Positions 41,651 through 56,000 of a DNA stretch of 64,000 nt are shown one piece after another. Where the stretch lies: NCBI RefSeq assembly GCF_009914755.1, contig NC_060948.1. The stretch is one strand, 5' to 3'. This DNA is from the human T2T-CHM13v2.0 reference genome, Homo sapiens. Both the position numbers and the translations under genes were made by a program. The notes below the pieces were generated by a model, which worked only from the letters and a program-made list of their open reading frames with translations, did not search any database and had not been told where the DNA came from. Each line of letters starts with the position of its first letter. Position 1 is the first letter of the stretch.

Positions 41651-44600
41651 GCCTGGAATAAAGTGGAATGCTACGGTCTCGAATGGAATAAAAATGTATG
41701 GAATGGAATGCAATGAAACGGAATCGAATGTCATAGAATGTAATGGAATGCAAAAAAATGGAATCCAAAATCATTGACTGGAAAGGCTGGGTGTCGAAAG
41801 GAATTGACTCCAATGGAATGGAATCGAATGGAATGGAAGTGAATAGAATCGAACTAAATCGAATGGAATGGAATTGATAGGAACGGAATGGAAAGGAATG
41901 CAATGATTTGGCATGGAATGGAATCGAATGGCATCGAATGGAATGGAATGGAATGCAATGGAATGGAATGTATTAGAATGTAATGAACATTAATGGAATG
42001 TACTCGAATGGATTCGACTGGCATGGAATGTTCTGGAAGTGAATGGAATCCAATGGAATGGATTCAAAAGGAATGGAATCGTACGGAATGGAATCTAATG
42101 GAATGGAATTAAATGGAAATGAATCAAATTGAATAGCACGGAATTGAATTGAATGGAATCGAATGCAATGGAATCTAATGAAACGGAAAGGAAAGGAATG
42201 GAATGGAATGGGCTGGAATGGAAAGGAATCGAAACGAATGGAATGGAATCGAACTGAAGAGACTGGAATGGAATGCACTGGAATGGAAGGGAGTGTAATG
42301 GAAGGTTCTCGACAAAAATGGAATCGAATGGAATGGAATTGAATGGAACGGAATAGAGTGGAATGGAATTGAATGGAATGGAATGGACTAGAGTGAAATG
42401 GAATCGAACCACAAGGAATGGACAGGAATAGAATGGTCTCGAATTGAATGGAATCGTATGGAATGGCATCAAACGGAATGGAATGGACAGCCACGGAATG
42501 GAATGCACTCGAATGCAATGGAGTCGAAACTAATGGACTGGAATAGAATGGACTCGACTGGTACGGACTCCAATGGAATGGAATCAAATGGAAGGGAATC
42601 GAACGGAATGGACTCGAAGGGAAAAGAATGCAATGGAAAGGTATCGAATGGAATGGAAATTAATGGAATGGAATGGAATCGAATGAAATGGAGTCAAAAG
42701 GAATGGAATCGAATGGCAAGAAATCGAATGTAATGGAATCGCAAGGAATTGATGTGAACGGAACGGAATGGAATGGAATCCAAAGGAATGGAATAGAATG
42801 GAATGGAATCGAATGGAAAGGACTCGAATGGAAATCACTCGAATAGAATGCAATTTAATAAAATAGGATCAAATGTAATGGAATGGAATGGAAAGGAATC
42901 GAAACGAAAGGAATGGAGACAGATGGAATGGAATGGAACAGAGAGCAATGGTATAGAATGGAATGGAATCATCTGGAATGGAATTGAATGGAATGGAATA
43001 ATATGAAATGGAATGGAATGGAATGGAATGTCCTTGAATTAAATGGACTGGAATGGAATGGACTCGAACAGAGTGGAATGGAAAGTGTTGAAATAGAATG
43101 GAATGGACTCCTTTGGAATGGTCTAGTATGCAATGCAATCGACAGGCAGGGAATCAAAAGGAATGTAATCGAATGGATTGGACAGGAATGCAATGGACTC
43201 GAATAGATTGGAAACGGAAAGCAAAGGAATGGAATGGAATAGTATGGAATGGAATTGAAAGGAATGGAGTGGAATAGACTAGAGTGGAATGGAATGGACT
43301 CGAAAGCAATGGACTGTAATGGAACTTTCTTGAATGGACTGGAATCAAACGGAATGGAATGCAATGCAATCAAATGGCATGGAATAAAATAGAATGAAAG
43401 AGAATCAAATGGAATTGAATCGAATGGAATCGAATGGATTGGAAAGGAATAGAATGGAATGGAATGGAATTGACTCAAATGGAATGGACTAGAATGGAAT
43501 GGATTCGAATGGAAGGCAAAGGAATGGAATCTATTGGAATGGACTGTAATGGAATGGAATGGAAGGGATTGGAATGGACTCGAATGGAATGGACTGCAAT
43601 AGAAAGGATTCGAATGGAATGAAAAAGAATTGAATGGAATAGAACAGAATGGAATCAAATCGAATGAAATGGAATGGAATAGAAAGGAATGGAATGAAAT
43701 GGAATGGAAAGGATTCGAATGGAATGCAATCGAATGGAATGGAATCGAACGGAATGGAATAAAATGGAAGAAAACTGGCAAGAAATGGAATCGAAATGAA
43801 TGGAGTGTTATGGAACGGACTCAAAAGGAATTGAATGTAATAGAATGGAGTGGAGTGGACTCGAATATAATGGACTGGAATGGAATGAAATCACATGGAA
43901 TGGGAACGAATGGAATGGAATGGAAAGGAATGGAATCGAATGGAAAGGAGTCGAATGGAAGGGAATGAAATTGAATCAACAGGAATGGAAGGGAATAGAA
44001 TAGACGGTAATGGAATGGACTCGAATAGAATGGACACGAATGCTCAAATTGAATGGACTCGAATGGAATGGAAACGAAAGGAATGTCATCGAATGGAATT
44101 GAATCGATTGGAATGAAATCGCATAGAATGGAGTGGAGTCAAATGGAATTGAAACGAAAGCAAAGGAAGCGAATGGACTGAAATGAAATGGACTCAAATT
44201 GAAAGGGCTCGAAAGGAATGGAGTCAAATGGAATGGTCTGGAATGGAATGAACACGAATGTAATGCAATCCAATAGAATGGAATCGAATGGCATGGAATA
44301 TAAAGAAATGGAATCGAAGAGAATGGTAACAAATGGAATGGAATTGAATGGAATGGAATTGAATGGAATGGGAACGAATGGAGTGAAATTGTATGCAGTA
44401 GAAGAGAATAGAATGGAATGCAAGCGAAAGGAAAGGAATGGATTGGAATGGAATGGAATTCATTGGAATGGAAGGGAATGTAGTGTAATGGACAGGCCTG
44501 GAATAAAGTGGAATGCTACGGTCTCGAATGGAATAAAAATGTATGGAATGGAATGCAATGAAACGGAATCGAATGTCATAGAATGTAATGGAATGCAAAA

Positions 44601-47600
44601 AAATGGAATCCAAAATCATTGACTGGAAAGGCTGGGTGTCGAAAGGAATTGACTCCAATGGAATGGAATCGAATGGAATGGAAGTGAATAGAATCGAACT
44701 AAATCGAATGGAATGGAATTGATAGGAACGGAATGGAAAGGAATGCAATGATTTGGCATGGAATGGAATCGAATGGCATCGAATGGAATGGAATGGAATG
44801 CAATGGAATGGAATGTATTAGAATGTAATGAACTTTAATGGAATGTACTCGAATGGATTCGACTGGCATGGAATGTTCTGGAAGTGAATGGAATCCAATG
44901 GAATGGATTCAAAAGGAATGGAATCATACGGAATGGAATCTAATGGAATGGAATTAAATGGAAATGAATCAAATTGAATAGCACGGAATTGAATTGAATG
45001 GAATCGAATGCAACGGAATCTAATGAAACGGAAAGGAAAGGAATGGAATGGAATGGAATGGGCTGGAATGGAAAGGAATCGAAACGAATGGAATGGAATC
45101 GAACTGAAGAGACTGGAATGGAATGCACTGGAATGGAAGGGAGTGTAATGGAAGGTTCTCGACAAAAATGGAATCGAATGGAATGGAATTGAATGCAACG
45201 GAATAGAGTCGAAAGGAATTGAATGGAATGGAATGGACTAGAGTGAAATGGAATCGAACCACAAGGAATGGACAGGAATAGAATGGTCTCGAATTGAATG
45301 GAATCGTATGGAATGGCATCAAACGGAATGGAATGGACAGCCACGGAATGGAATGCACTCGAATGCAATGGAGTCGAAACTAATGGACTGGAATAGAATG
45401 GACTCGACTGGTACGGACTCCAATGGAATGGAATCGAATGGAAGGGAATCGAACGGAATGGACTCGAAGGGAAAAGAATGCAATGGAAAGGTATCGAATG
45501 GAATGGAAATTAATGGAATGGAATGGAATCGAATGAAATGGAGTCAAAAGGAATGGAATCGAATGGCAAGAAATCGAATGTAATGGAATCGCAAGGAATT
45601 GATGTGAACGGAACGGAATGGAATGGAATCCAAAGGAATGGAATAGAATGGAATGGAATCGAATGGAAAGGACTCGAATGGAAATCACTCGAATAGAATG
45701 CAATTTAATAAAATAGGAGCAAATGTAATGGAATGGAATGGAAAGGAATCGAAACGAAAGGAATGGAGACAGATGGAATGGAATGGAACAGAGAGCAATG
45801 GTATAGAATGGAATGGAATCATCTGGAATGGAATTGAATGGAATGGAATAATATGAAATGGAATGGAATGGAATGGAATGTCCTTGAATTAAGTGGACTG
45901 GAATGGAATGGACTCGAAAAGAGTGGAATGGAAAGTGTTGAAATAGAATGGAATGGACTCCTTTGGAATGGTGTAGTATGCAATGCAATCGACTGGCAGG
46001 GAATCAAATGGAATGTAATGGAATGGATTGGACTGGAATGCAATGGACTCGAATAGATTGGAAACGGAAAGCAAAGGAATGGAATGGAATAGTATGGAAT
46101 GGAATGGAAAGGAATGGAGTGGAATAGACTAGAGTGGAATGGAATGGACTCGAAAGGAATGGACTGGAATGGAACTTTCTTGAATGGACTGGAATCAAAC
46201 GGAATGGAATGCAATGCAATCAAATGGCATGGAATAAAATAGAATGAAAGAGAATCAAATGGAATTGAATCGAATGGAATCGAATGGATTGGAAAGGAAT
46301 AGAATGGAATGGAATGGAATTGACTCAAATGGAATGGACTAGAATGGAATGGATTCGAATGGAAGGCAAAGGAATGGAATCTATTGGAATGGACTGTAAT
46401 GGAATGGAATGGAAGGGATTGGAATGGACTCGAATGGAATGGACTGCAATAGAAAGGATTCGAATGGAATGAAAAAGAATTGAATGGAATAGAACAGAAT
46501 GGAATCAAATCGAATGAAATGGAATGGAATAGAAAGGAATGGAATGAAATGGAATGGAAAGGATTCGAATGGAATGCAATCGAATGGAATGGAATCGAAC
46601 GGAATGGAATAAAATGGAAGAAAACTGGCAAGAAATGGAATCGAAATGAATGGAGTGTTATGGAACGGACTCAAAAGGAATTGAATGTAATAGAATGGAG
46701 TGGAGTGGACTCGAATATAATGGACTGGAATGGAATGAAATCACATGGAATGGGAACGAATGGAATGGAATGGAAAGGAATGGAATCGAATGGAAAGGAA
46801 TCGAATGGAAGGGAATGAAATTGAATCAACAGGAATGGAAGGGAATAGAATAGACGGTAATGGAATGGACTCGAATAGAATGGACACGAATGCTCAAATT
46901 GAATGGACTCGAATGGAATGGAAACGAAAGGAATGTCATCGAATGGAATTGAATCGATTGGAATGAAATCGCATAGAATGGAGTGGAATCAAATGGAATT
47001 GAATCGAAAGCAAAGGAAGCGAATGGACTGAAATGAAATGGACTCAAATTGAAAGGGCTCGAAAGGAATGGAGTCAAATGGAATGGTCTGGAATGGAGTG
47101 AACACGAATGTAATGCAATCCAATAGAATGGAATCGAATGGCATGGAATATAAAGAAATGGAATCGAAGAGAATGGAAACAAATGGAATGGAATTGAATG
47201 GAATGGAATTGAATGGAATGGGAACGAATGGAGTGAAATTGTATGCAGTAGAAGAGAATAGAATGGAATGCAAGCGAAAGGAAAGGAATGGATTGGAATG
47301 GAATGGAATTCATTGGAATAGAAGGGAATGTAGTGTAATGGACAGGCCTGGAATAAAGTGGAATGCTACGGTCTCGAATGGAATAAAAATGTATGGAATG
47401 GAATGCAATGAAACGGAATCGAATGTCATAGAATGTAATGGAATGCAAAAAAATGGAATCCAAAATCATTGACTGGAAAGGCTGGGTGTCGAAAGGAATT
47501 GACTCCAATGGAATGGAATCGAATGGAATGGAAGTGAATAGAATCGAACTAAATCGAATGGAATGGAATTGATAGTAACGGAATGGAAAGGAATGCAATG

Positions 47601-50600
47601 ATTTGGCATGGAATGGAATCGAATGGCATCGAATGGAATGGAATGGAATGCAATGGAATGGAATGTATTAGAATGTAATGAACATTAATGGAATGTACTC
47701 GAATGGATTCGACTGGCATGGAATGTTCTGGAAGTGAATGGAATCCAATGGAATGGATTCAAAAGGAATGGAATCGTACGGAATGGAATCTAATGGAATG
47801 GAATTAAATGGAAATGAATCAAATTGAATAGCACGGAATTGAATTGAATGGAATCGAATGCAATGGAATCTAATGAAACGGAAAGGAAAGGAATGGAATG
47901 GAATGGAATGGGCTGGAATGGAAAGGAATCGAAACGAATGGAATGGAATCGAACTGAAGAGACTGGAATGGAATGCACTGGAATGGAAGGGAGTGTAATG
48001 GAAGGTTCTCGACAAAAATGGAATCGAATGGAATGGAATTGAATGGAACGGAATAGAGTCGAATGGAATTGAATGGAATGGAATGGACTAGAGTGAAATG
48101 GAATCGAACCACAAGGAATGGACAGGAATAGAATGGTCTCGAATTGAATGGAATCGTATGGAATGGCATCAAACGGAATGGAATGGACAGCCACGGAATG
48201 GAATGCACTCGAATGCAATGGAGACGAAACTAATGGACTGGAATAGAATGGACTCGACTGGTACGGACTCCAATGGAATGGAATCGAATGGAAGGGAATC
48301 GAATGGAATGGACTCGAAGGGAAAAGACTGCAATGGAAAGGTATCGAATGGAATGGAAATTAATGGAATGGAATGGAATCGAATGAAATGGAGTCAAAAG
48401 GAATGGAATCGAATGGCAAGAAATCGAATGTAATGGAATCGCAAGGAATTGATGTGAACGGAATGGAATGGAATGGAATCCAAAGGAATGGAATAGAATG
48501 GAATGGAATCGAATGGAAAGGACTCGAATGGAAATCACTCGAATAGAAAGCAATTTAATAAAATAGGATCAAATGTAATGGAATGGAATGGAAAGGAATC
48601 GAAACGAAAGGAATGGAGACAGATGGAATGGAATGGAACAGAGAGCAATGGTATAGAATGGAATGGAATCATCTGGAATGGAATTGAATGGAATGGAATA
48701 ATATGAAATGGAATGGAATGGAATGGAATGGAATGCCCTTGAATTAAATGGACTGGAATGGAATGGACTCGAACAGAGTGGAATGGAAAGTGATGAGATA
48801 GAATGGAATGGACTCCTTTGGAATGGTGTAGTATGCAATGCAATCGACTGGCAGGGAATCAAAAGGAATGTAATCGAATGGATTGGACTGGAATGCAATG
48901 GACTCGAATAGATTGGAAACGGAATGCAAAGGAATGGAATGGAATAGTATGGAATGGAATGGAAAGAAATGGAGTGGAACAGACTAGAGTGGAATGGAAT
49001 GGACTCGAAAGCAATGGACTGGAATGGAACTTTCTTGAATGGCCTGGAATCAAACGGAATGGAATGCAATGCAATCAAATGGCATGGAATAAAATAGAAT
49101 GAAAGAGAATCAAATGGAATTGAATCGAATGGAATGGAATGGATTGGAAAGGAATAGAATGGAATGGAATGGAATTGACTCAAATGGAATGGACTAGAAT
49201 GGAATGGATTCGAATGGAAGGCAAAGGAATGGAATCTATTGGAATGGACTGTAATGGAATGGAATGGAAGGGATTGGAATGGACTCGAATGGAATGGACT
49301 GCAATAGAAAGGATTCGAATGTAATGAAAAAGAATTGAATGGAATAGAACAGAATGGAATCAAATCGAATGAAATGGAATGGAATAGAAAGGAATGGAAT
49401 GAAATGGAATGGAAAGGATTCGAATGGAATGCAATCGAATGGAATGGAATCGAACGGAATGGAATAAAATGGAAGAAAACTGGCAAGAAATGGAATCGAA
49501 ATGAATGGAGTGTTATGGAACGGACTCAAAAGGAATTGAATGTAATAGAATGGAGTGGAGTGGACTCGAATATAATGGACTGGAATGGAATGAAATCACA
49601 TGGAATGGGAACGAATGGAATGGAATGGAAAGGAATGGAATCGAATGGAAAGGAATCGAATGGAAGGGAATGAAATTGAATCAACAGGAATGGAAGGGAA
49701 TAGAATAGACGGTAATGGAATGGACTCGAATAGAATGGACACGAATGCTCAAATTGAATGGACTCGAATGGAATGGAAACGAAAGGAATGTCATCGAATG
49801 GAATTGAATCGATTGGAATGAAATCGCATAGAATGGAGTGGAATCAAATGGAATTGAATCGAAAGCAAAGGAAGCGAATGGACTGAAATGAAATGGACTC
49901 AAATTGAAAGGGCTCGAAAGGAATGGAGTCAAATGGAATGGTCTGGAATGGAGTGAACACGAATGTAATGCAATCCAATAGAATGGAATCGAATGGCATG
50001 GAATATAAAGAAATGGAATCGAAGAGAATGGAAACAAATGGAATGGAATTGAATGGAATGGAATTGAATGGAATGGGAACGAATGGAGTGAAATTGTATG
50101 CAGTAGAAGAGAATAGAATGGAATGCAAGCAAAAGGAAAGGAATGGATTGGAATGGAATGGAATTCATTGGAATGGAAGGGAATGTAGTGTAATGGACAG
50201 GCCTGGAATAAAGTGGAATGCTACGGTCTCGAATGGAATAAAAATGTATGGAATGGAATGCAATGAAACGGAATCGAATGTCATAGAATGTAATGGAATG
50301 CAAAAAAATGGAATCCAAAATCATTGACTGGAAAGGCTGGGTGTCGAAAGGAATTGACTCCAATGGAATGGAATCGAATGGAATGGAAGTGAATAGAATC
50401 GAACTAAATCGAATGGAATGGAATTGATAGGAACGGAATGGAAAGGAATGCAATGATTTGGCATGGAATGGAATCGAATGGCATCGAATGGAATGGAATG
50501 GAATGCAATGGAATGGAATGTATTAGAATGTAATGAACATTAATGGAATGTACTCGAATGGATTCGACTGGCATGGAATGTTCTGGAAGTGAATGGAATC

Positions 50601-53600
50601 CAATGGAATGGATTCAAAAGGAATGGAATCGTACGGAATGGAATCTAATGGAATGGAATTAAATGGAAATGAATCAAATTGAATAGCACGGAATTGAATT
50701 GAATGGAATCGAATGCAATGGAATCTAATGAAACGGAAAGGAAAGGAATGGAATGGAATGGGCTGGAATGGAAAGGAATCGAAACGAATGGAATGGAATC
50801 GAACTGAAGAGACTGGAATGGAATGCACTGGAATGGAAGGGAGTGTAATGGAAGGTTCTCGACAAAAATGGAATCGAATGGAATGGAATTGAATGGAACG
50901 GAATAGAGTGGAATGGAATTGAATGGAATGGAATGGACTAGAGTGAAATGGAATCGAACCACAAGGAATGGACAGGAATAGAATGGTCTCGAATTGAATG
51001 GAATCGTATGGAATGGCATCAAACGGAATGGAATGGACAGCCACGGAATGGAATGCACTCGAATGCAATGGAGTCGAAACTAATGGACTGGAATAGAATG
51101 GACTCGACTGGTACGGACTCCAATGGAATGGAATCGAATGGAAGGGAATCGAACGGAATGGACTCGAAGGGAAAAGAATGCAATGGAAAGGTATCGAATG
51201 GAATGGAAATTAATGGAATGGAATGGAATCGAATGAAATGGAGTCAAAAGGAATGGAATCGAATGGCAAGAAATCGAATGTAATGGAATCGCAAGGAATT
51301 GATGTGAACGGAACGGAATGGAATGGAATCCAAAGGAATGGAATAGAATGGAATGGAATCGAATGGAAAGGACTCGAATGGAAATCACTCGAATAGAATG
51401 CAATTTAATAAAATAGGATCAAATGTAATGGAATGGAATGGAAAGGAATCGAAACGAAAGGAATGGAGACAGATGGAATGGAATGGAACAGAGAGCAATG
51501 GTATAGAATGGAATGGAATCATCTGGAATGGAATTGAATGGAATGGAATAATATGAAATGGAATGGAATGGAATGGAATGTCCTTGAATTAAATGGACTG
51601 GAATGGAATGGACTCGAACAGAGTGGAATGGAAAGTGTTGAAATAGAATGGAATGGACTCCTTTGGAATGGTCTAGTATGCAATGCAATCGACAGGCAGG
51701 GAATCAAAAGGAATGTAATCGAATGGATTGGACAGGAATGCAATGGACTCGAATAGATTGGAAACGGAAAGCAAAGGAATGGAATGGAATAGTATGGAAT
51801 GGAATTGAAAGGAATGGAGTGGAATAGACTAGAGTGGAATGGAATGGACTCGAAAGCAATGGACTGTAATGGAACTTTCTTGAATGGACTGGAATCAAAC
51901 GGAATGGAATGCAATGCAATCAAATGGCATGGAATAAAATAGAAAGAAAGAGAATCAAATGGAATTGAATCGAATGGAATCGAATGGATTGGAAAGGAAT
52001 AGAATGGAATGGAATGGAATTGACTCAAATGGAATGGACTAGAATGGAATGGATTCGAATGGAAGGCAAAGGAATGGAATCTATTGGAATGGACTGTAAT
52101 GGAATGGAATGGAAGGGATTGGAATGGACTCGAATGGAATGGACTGCAATAGAAAGGATTCGAATGGAATGAAAAAGAATTGAATGGAATAGAACAGAAT
52201 GGAATCAAATCGAATGAAATGGAATGGAATAGAAAGGAATGGAATGAAATGGAATGGAAAGGATTCGAATGGAATGCAATCGAATGGAATGGAATCGAAC
52301 GGAATGGAATAAAATGGAAGAAAACTGGCAAGAAATGGAATCGAAATGAATGGAGTGTTATGGAACGGACTCAAAAGGAATTGAATGTAATAGAATGGAG
52401 TGGAGTGGACTCGAATATAATGGACTGGAATGGAATGAAATCACATGGAATGGGAACGAATGGAATGGAATGGAAAGGAATGGAATCGAATGGAAAGGAG
52501 TCGAATGGAAGGGAATGAAATTGAATCAACAGGAATGGAAGGGAATAGAATAGACGGTAATGGGATGGACTCGAATAGAATGGACACGAATGCTCAAATT
52601 GAATGGACTCGAATGGAATGGAAACGAAAGGAATGTCATCGAATGGAATTGAATCGATTGGAATGAAATCGCATAGAATGGAGTGGAGTCAAATGGAATT
52701 GAAACGAAAGCAAAGGAAGCGAATGGACTGAAATGAAATGGACTCAAATTGAAAGGGCTCGAAAGGAATGGAGTCAAATGGAATGGTCTGGAATGGAATG
52801 AACACGAATGTAATGCAATCCAATAGAATGGAATCGAATGGCATGGAATATAAAGAAATGGAATCGAAGAGAATGGTAACAAATGGAATGGAATTGAATG
52901 GAATGGAATTGAATGGAATGGGAACGAATGGAGTGAAATTGTATGCAGTAGAAGAGAATAGAATGGAATGCAAGCGAAAGGAAAGGAATGGATTGGAATG
53001 GAATGGAATTCATTGGAATGGAAGGGAATGTAGTGTAATGGACAGGCCTGGAATAAAGTGGAATGCTACGGTCTCGAATGGAATAAAAATGTATGGAATG
53101 GAATGCAATGAAACGGAATCGAATGTCATAGAATGTAATGGAATGCAAAAAAATGGAATCCAAAATCATTGACTGGAAAGGCTGGGTGTCGAAAGGAATT
53201 GACTCCAATGGAATGGAATCGAATGGAATGGAAGTGAATAGAATCGAACTAAATCGAATGGAATGGAATTGATAGGAACGGAATGGAAAGGAATGCAATG
53301 ATTTGGCATGGAATGGAATCGAATGGCATCGAATGGAATGGAATGGAATGCAATGGAATGGAATGTATTAGAATGTAATGAACTTTAATGGAATGTACTC
53401 GAATGGATTCGACTGGCATGGAATGTTCTGGAAGTGAATGGAATCCAATGGAATGGATTCAAAAGGAATGGAATCATACGGAATGGAATCTAATGGAATG
53501 GAATTAAATGGAAATGAATCAAATTGAATAGCACGGAATTGAATTGAATGGAATCGAATGCAACGGAATCTAATGAAACGGAAAGGAAAGGAATGGAATG

Positions 53601-56000
53601 GAATGGAATGGGCTGGAATGGAAAGGAATCGAAACGAATGGAATGGAATCGAACTGAAGAGACTGGAATGGAATGCACTGGAATGGAAGGGAGTGTAATG
53701 GAAGGTTCTCGACAAAAATGGAATCGAATGGAATGGAATTGAATGCAACGGAATAGAGTCGAAAGGAATTGAATGGAATGGAATGGACTAGAGTGAAATG
53801 GAATCGAACCACAAGGAATGGACAGGAATAGAATGGTCTCGAATTGAATGGAATCGTATGGAATGGCATCAAACGGAATGGAATGGACAGCCACGGAATG
53901 GAATGCACTCGAATGCAATGGAGTCGAAACTAATGGACTGGAATAGAATGGACTCGACTGGTACGGACTCCAATGGAATGGAATCGAATGGAAGGGAATC
54001 GAACGGAATGGACTCGAAGGGAAAAGACTGCAATGGAAAGGTCTCGAATGGAATGGAAATTAATGGAATGGAATGGAATCGAATGAAATGGAGTCAAAAG
54101 GAATGGAATCGAATGGCAAGAAATCGAATGTAATGGAATCGCAAGGAATAGATGTGAAGGGAACGGAATGGAATGGAATCCAAAGGAATGGAATAGAATG
54201 GAATGGAATCGAATGGAAAGGACTCGAATGGAAATCACTCGAATAGAATGCAATTTAATAAAATAGGATCAAATGGAATGGAATGGAATGGAAAGGAATC
54301 GAAACGAAAGGAATGGAGACAGATGGAATGGAATGGAACAGAGAGCAATGGTATAGAATGGAATGGAATCATCTGGAATGGAATTGAATGGAATGGAATA
54401 ATATGAAATGGAATGGAATGGAATGGAATGTCCTTGAATTAAGTGGACTGGAATGGAATGGACTCGAAAAGAGTGGAATGGAAAGTGTTGAAATAGAATG
54501 GAATGGACTCCTTTGGAATGGTGTAGTATGCAATGCAATCGACTGGCAGGGAATCAAATGGAATGTAATGGAATGGATTGGACTGGAATGCAATGGACTC
54601 GAATAGATTGGAAACGGAAAGCAAAGGAATGGAATGGAATAGTATGGAATGGAATGGAAAGGAATGGAGTGGAATAGACTAGAGTGGAATGGAATGGACT
54701 CGAAAGGAATGGACTGGAATGGAACTTTCTTGAATGGACTGGAATCAAACGGAATGGAATGCAATGCAATCAAATGGCATGGAATAAAATAGAATGAAAG
54801 AGAATCAAATGGAATTGAATCGAATGGAATCGAATGGATTGGAAAGGAATAGAATGGAATGGAATGGAATTGACTCAAATGGAAAGGACTAGAATGGAAT
54901 GGATTCGAATGGAAGGCAAAGGAATGGAATCTATTGGAATGGACTGTAATGGAATGGAATGGAAGGGATTGGAATGGACTCGAATGGAATGGACTGCAAT
55001 AGAAAGGATTCGAATGGAATGAAAAAGAATTGAATGGAATAGAACAGAATGGAATCAAATCGAATGAAATGGAATGGAATAGAAAGGAATGGAATGAAAT
55101 GGAATGGAAAGGATTCGAATGGAATGCAATCGAATGGAATGGAATCGAACGGAATGGAATAAAATGGAAGAAAACTGGCAAGAAATGGAATCGAAATGAA
55201 TGGAGTGTTATGGAACGGACTCAAAAGGAATTGAATGTAATAGAATGGAGTGGAGTGGACTCGAATATAATGGACTGGAATGGAATGAAATCACATGGAA
55301 TGGGAACGAATGGAATGGAATGGAAAGGAATGGAATCGAATGGAAAGGAATCGAATGGAAGGGAATGAAATTGAATCAACAGGAATGGAAGGGAATAGAA
55401 TAGACGGTAATGGAATGGACTCGAATAGAATGGACACGAATGCTCAAATTGAATGGACTCGAATGGAATGGAAACGAAAGGAATGTCATCGAATGGAATT
55501 GAATCGATTGGAATGAAATCGCATAGAATGGAGTGGAATCAAATGGAATTGAATCGAAAGCAAAGGAAGCGAATGGACTGAAATGAAATGGACTCAAATT
55601 GAAAGGGCTCGAAAGGAATGGAGTCAAATGGAATGGTCTGGAATGGAGTGAACACGAATGTAATGCAATCCAATAGAATGGAATCGAATGGCATGGAATA
55701 TAAAGAAATGGAATCGAAGAGAATGGAAACAAATGGAATGGAATTGAATGGAATGGAATTGAATGGAATGGGAACGAATGGAGTGAAATTGTATGCAGTA
55801 GAAGAGAATAGAATGGAATGCAAGCGAAAGGAAAGGAATGGATTGGAATGGAATGGAATTCATTGGAATAGAAGGGAATGTAGTGTAATGGACAGGCCTG
55901 GAATAAAGTGGAATGCTACGGTCTCGAATGGAATAAAAATGTATGGAATGGAATGCAATGAAACGGAATCGAATGTCATAGAATGTAATGGAATGCAAAA
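41000..56000 (+). repeat. Second multi-unit duplication with 8550-bp period (B-C-A register); ends approximate
   Basis: Private SNVs recur at +8550: TGGAAAGGAG 43941/52491, GAATGGTAAC 44321/52871, GAATGCAACG 45191/53741, CATTGGAATA 47311/55861. Confidence 0.8.
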
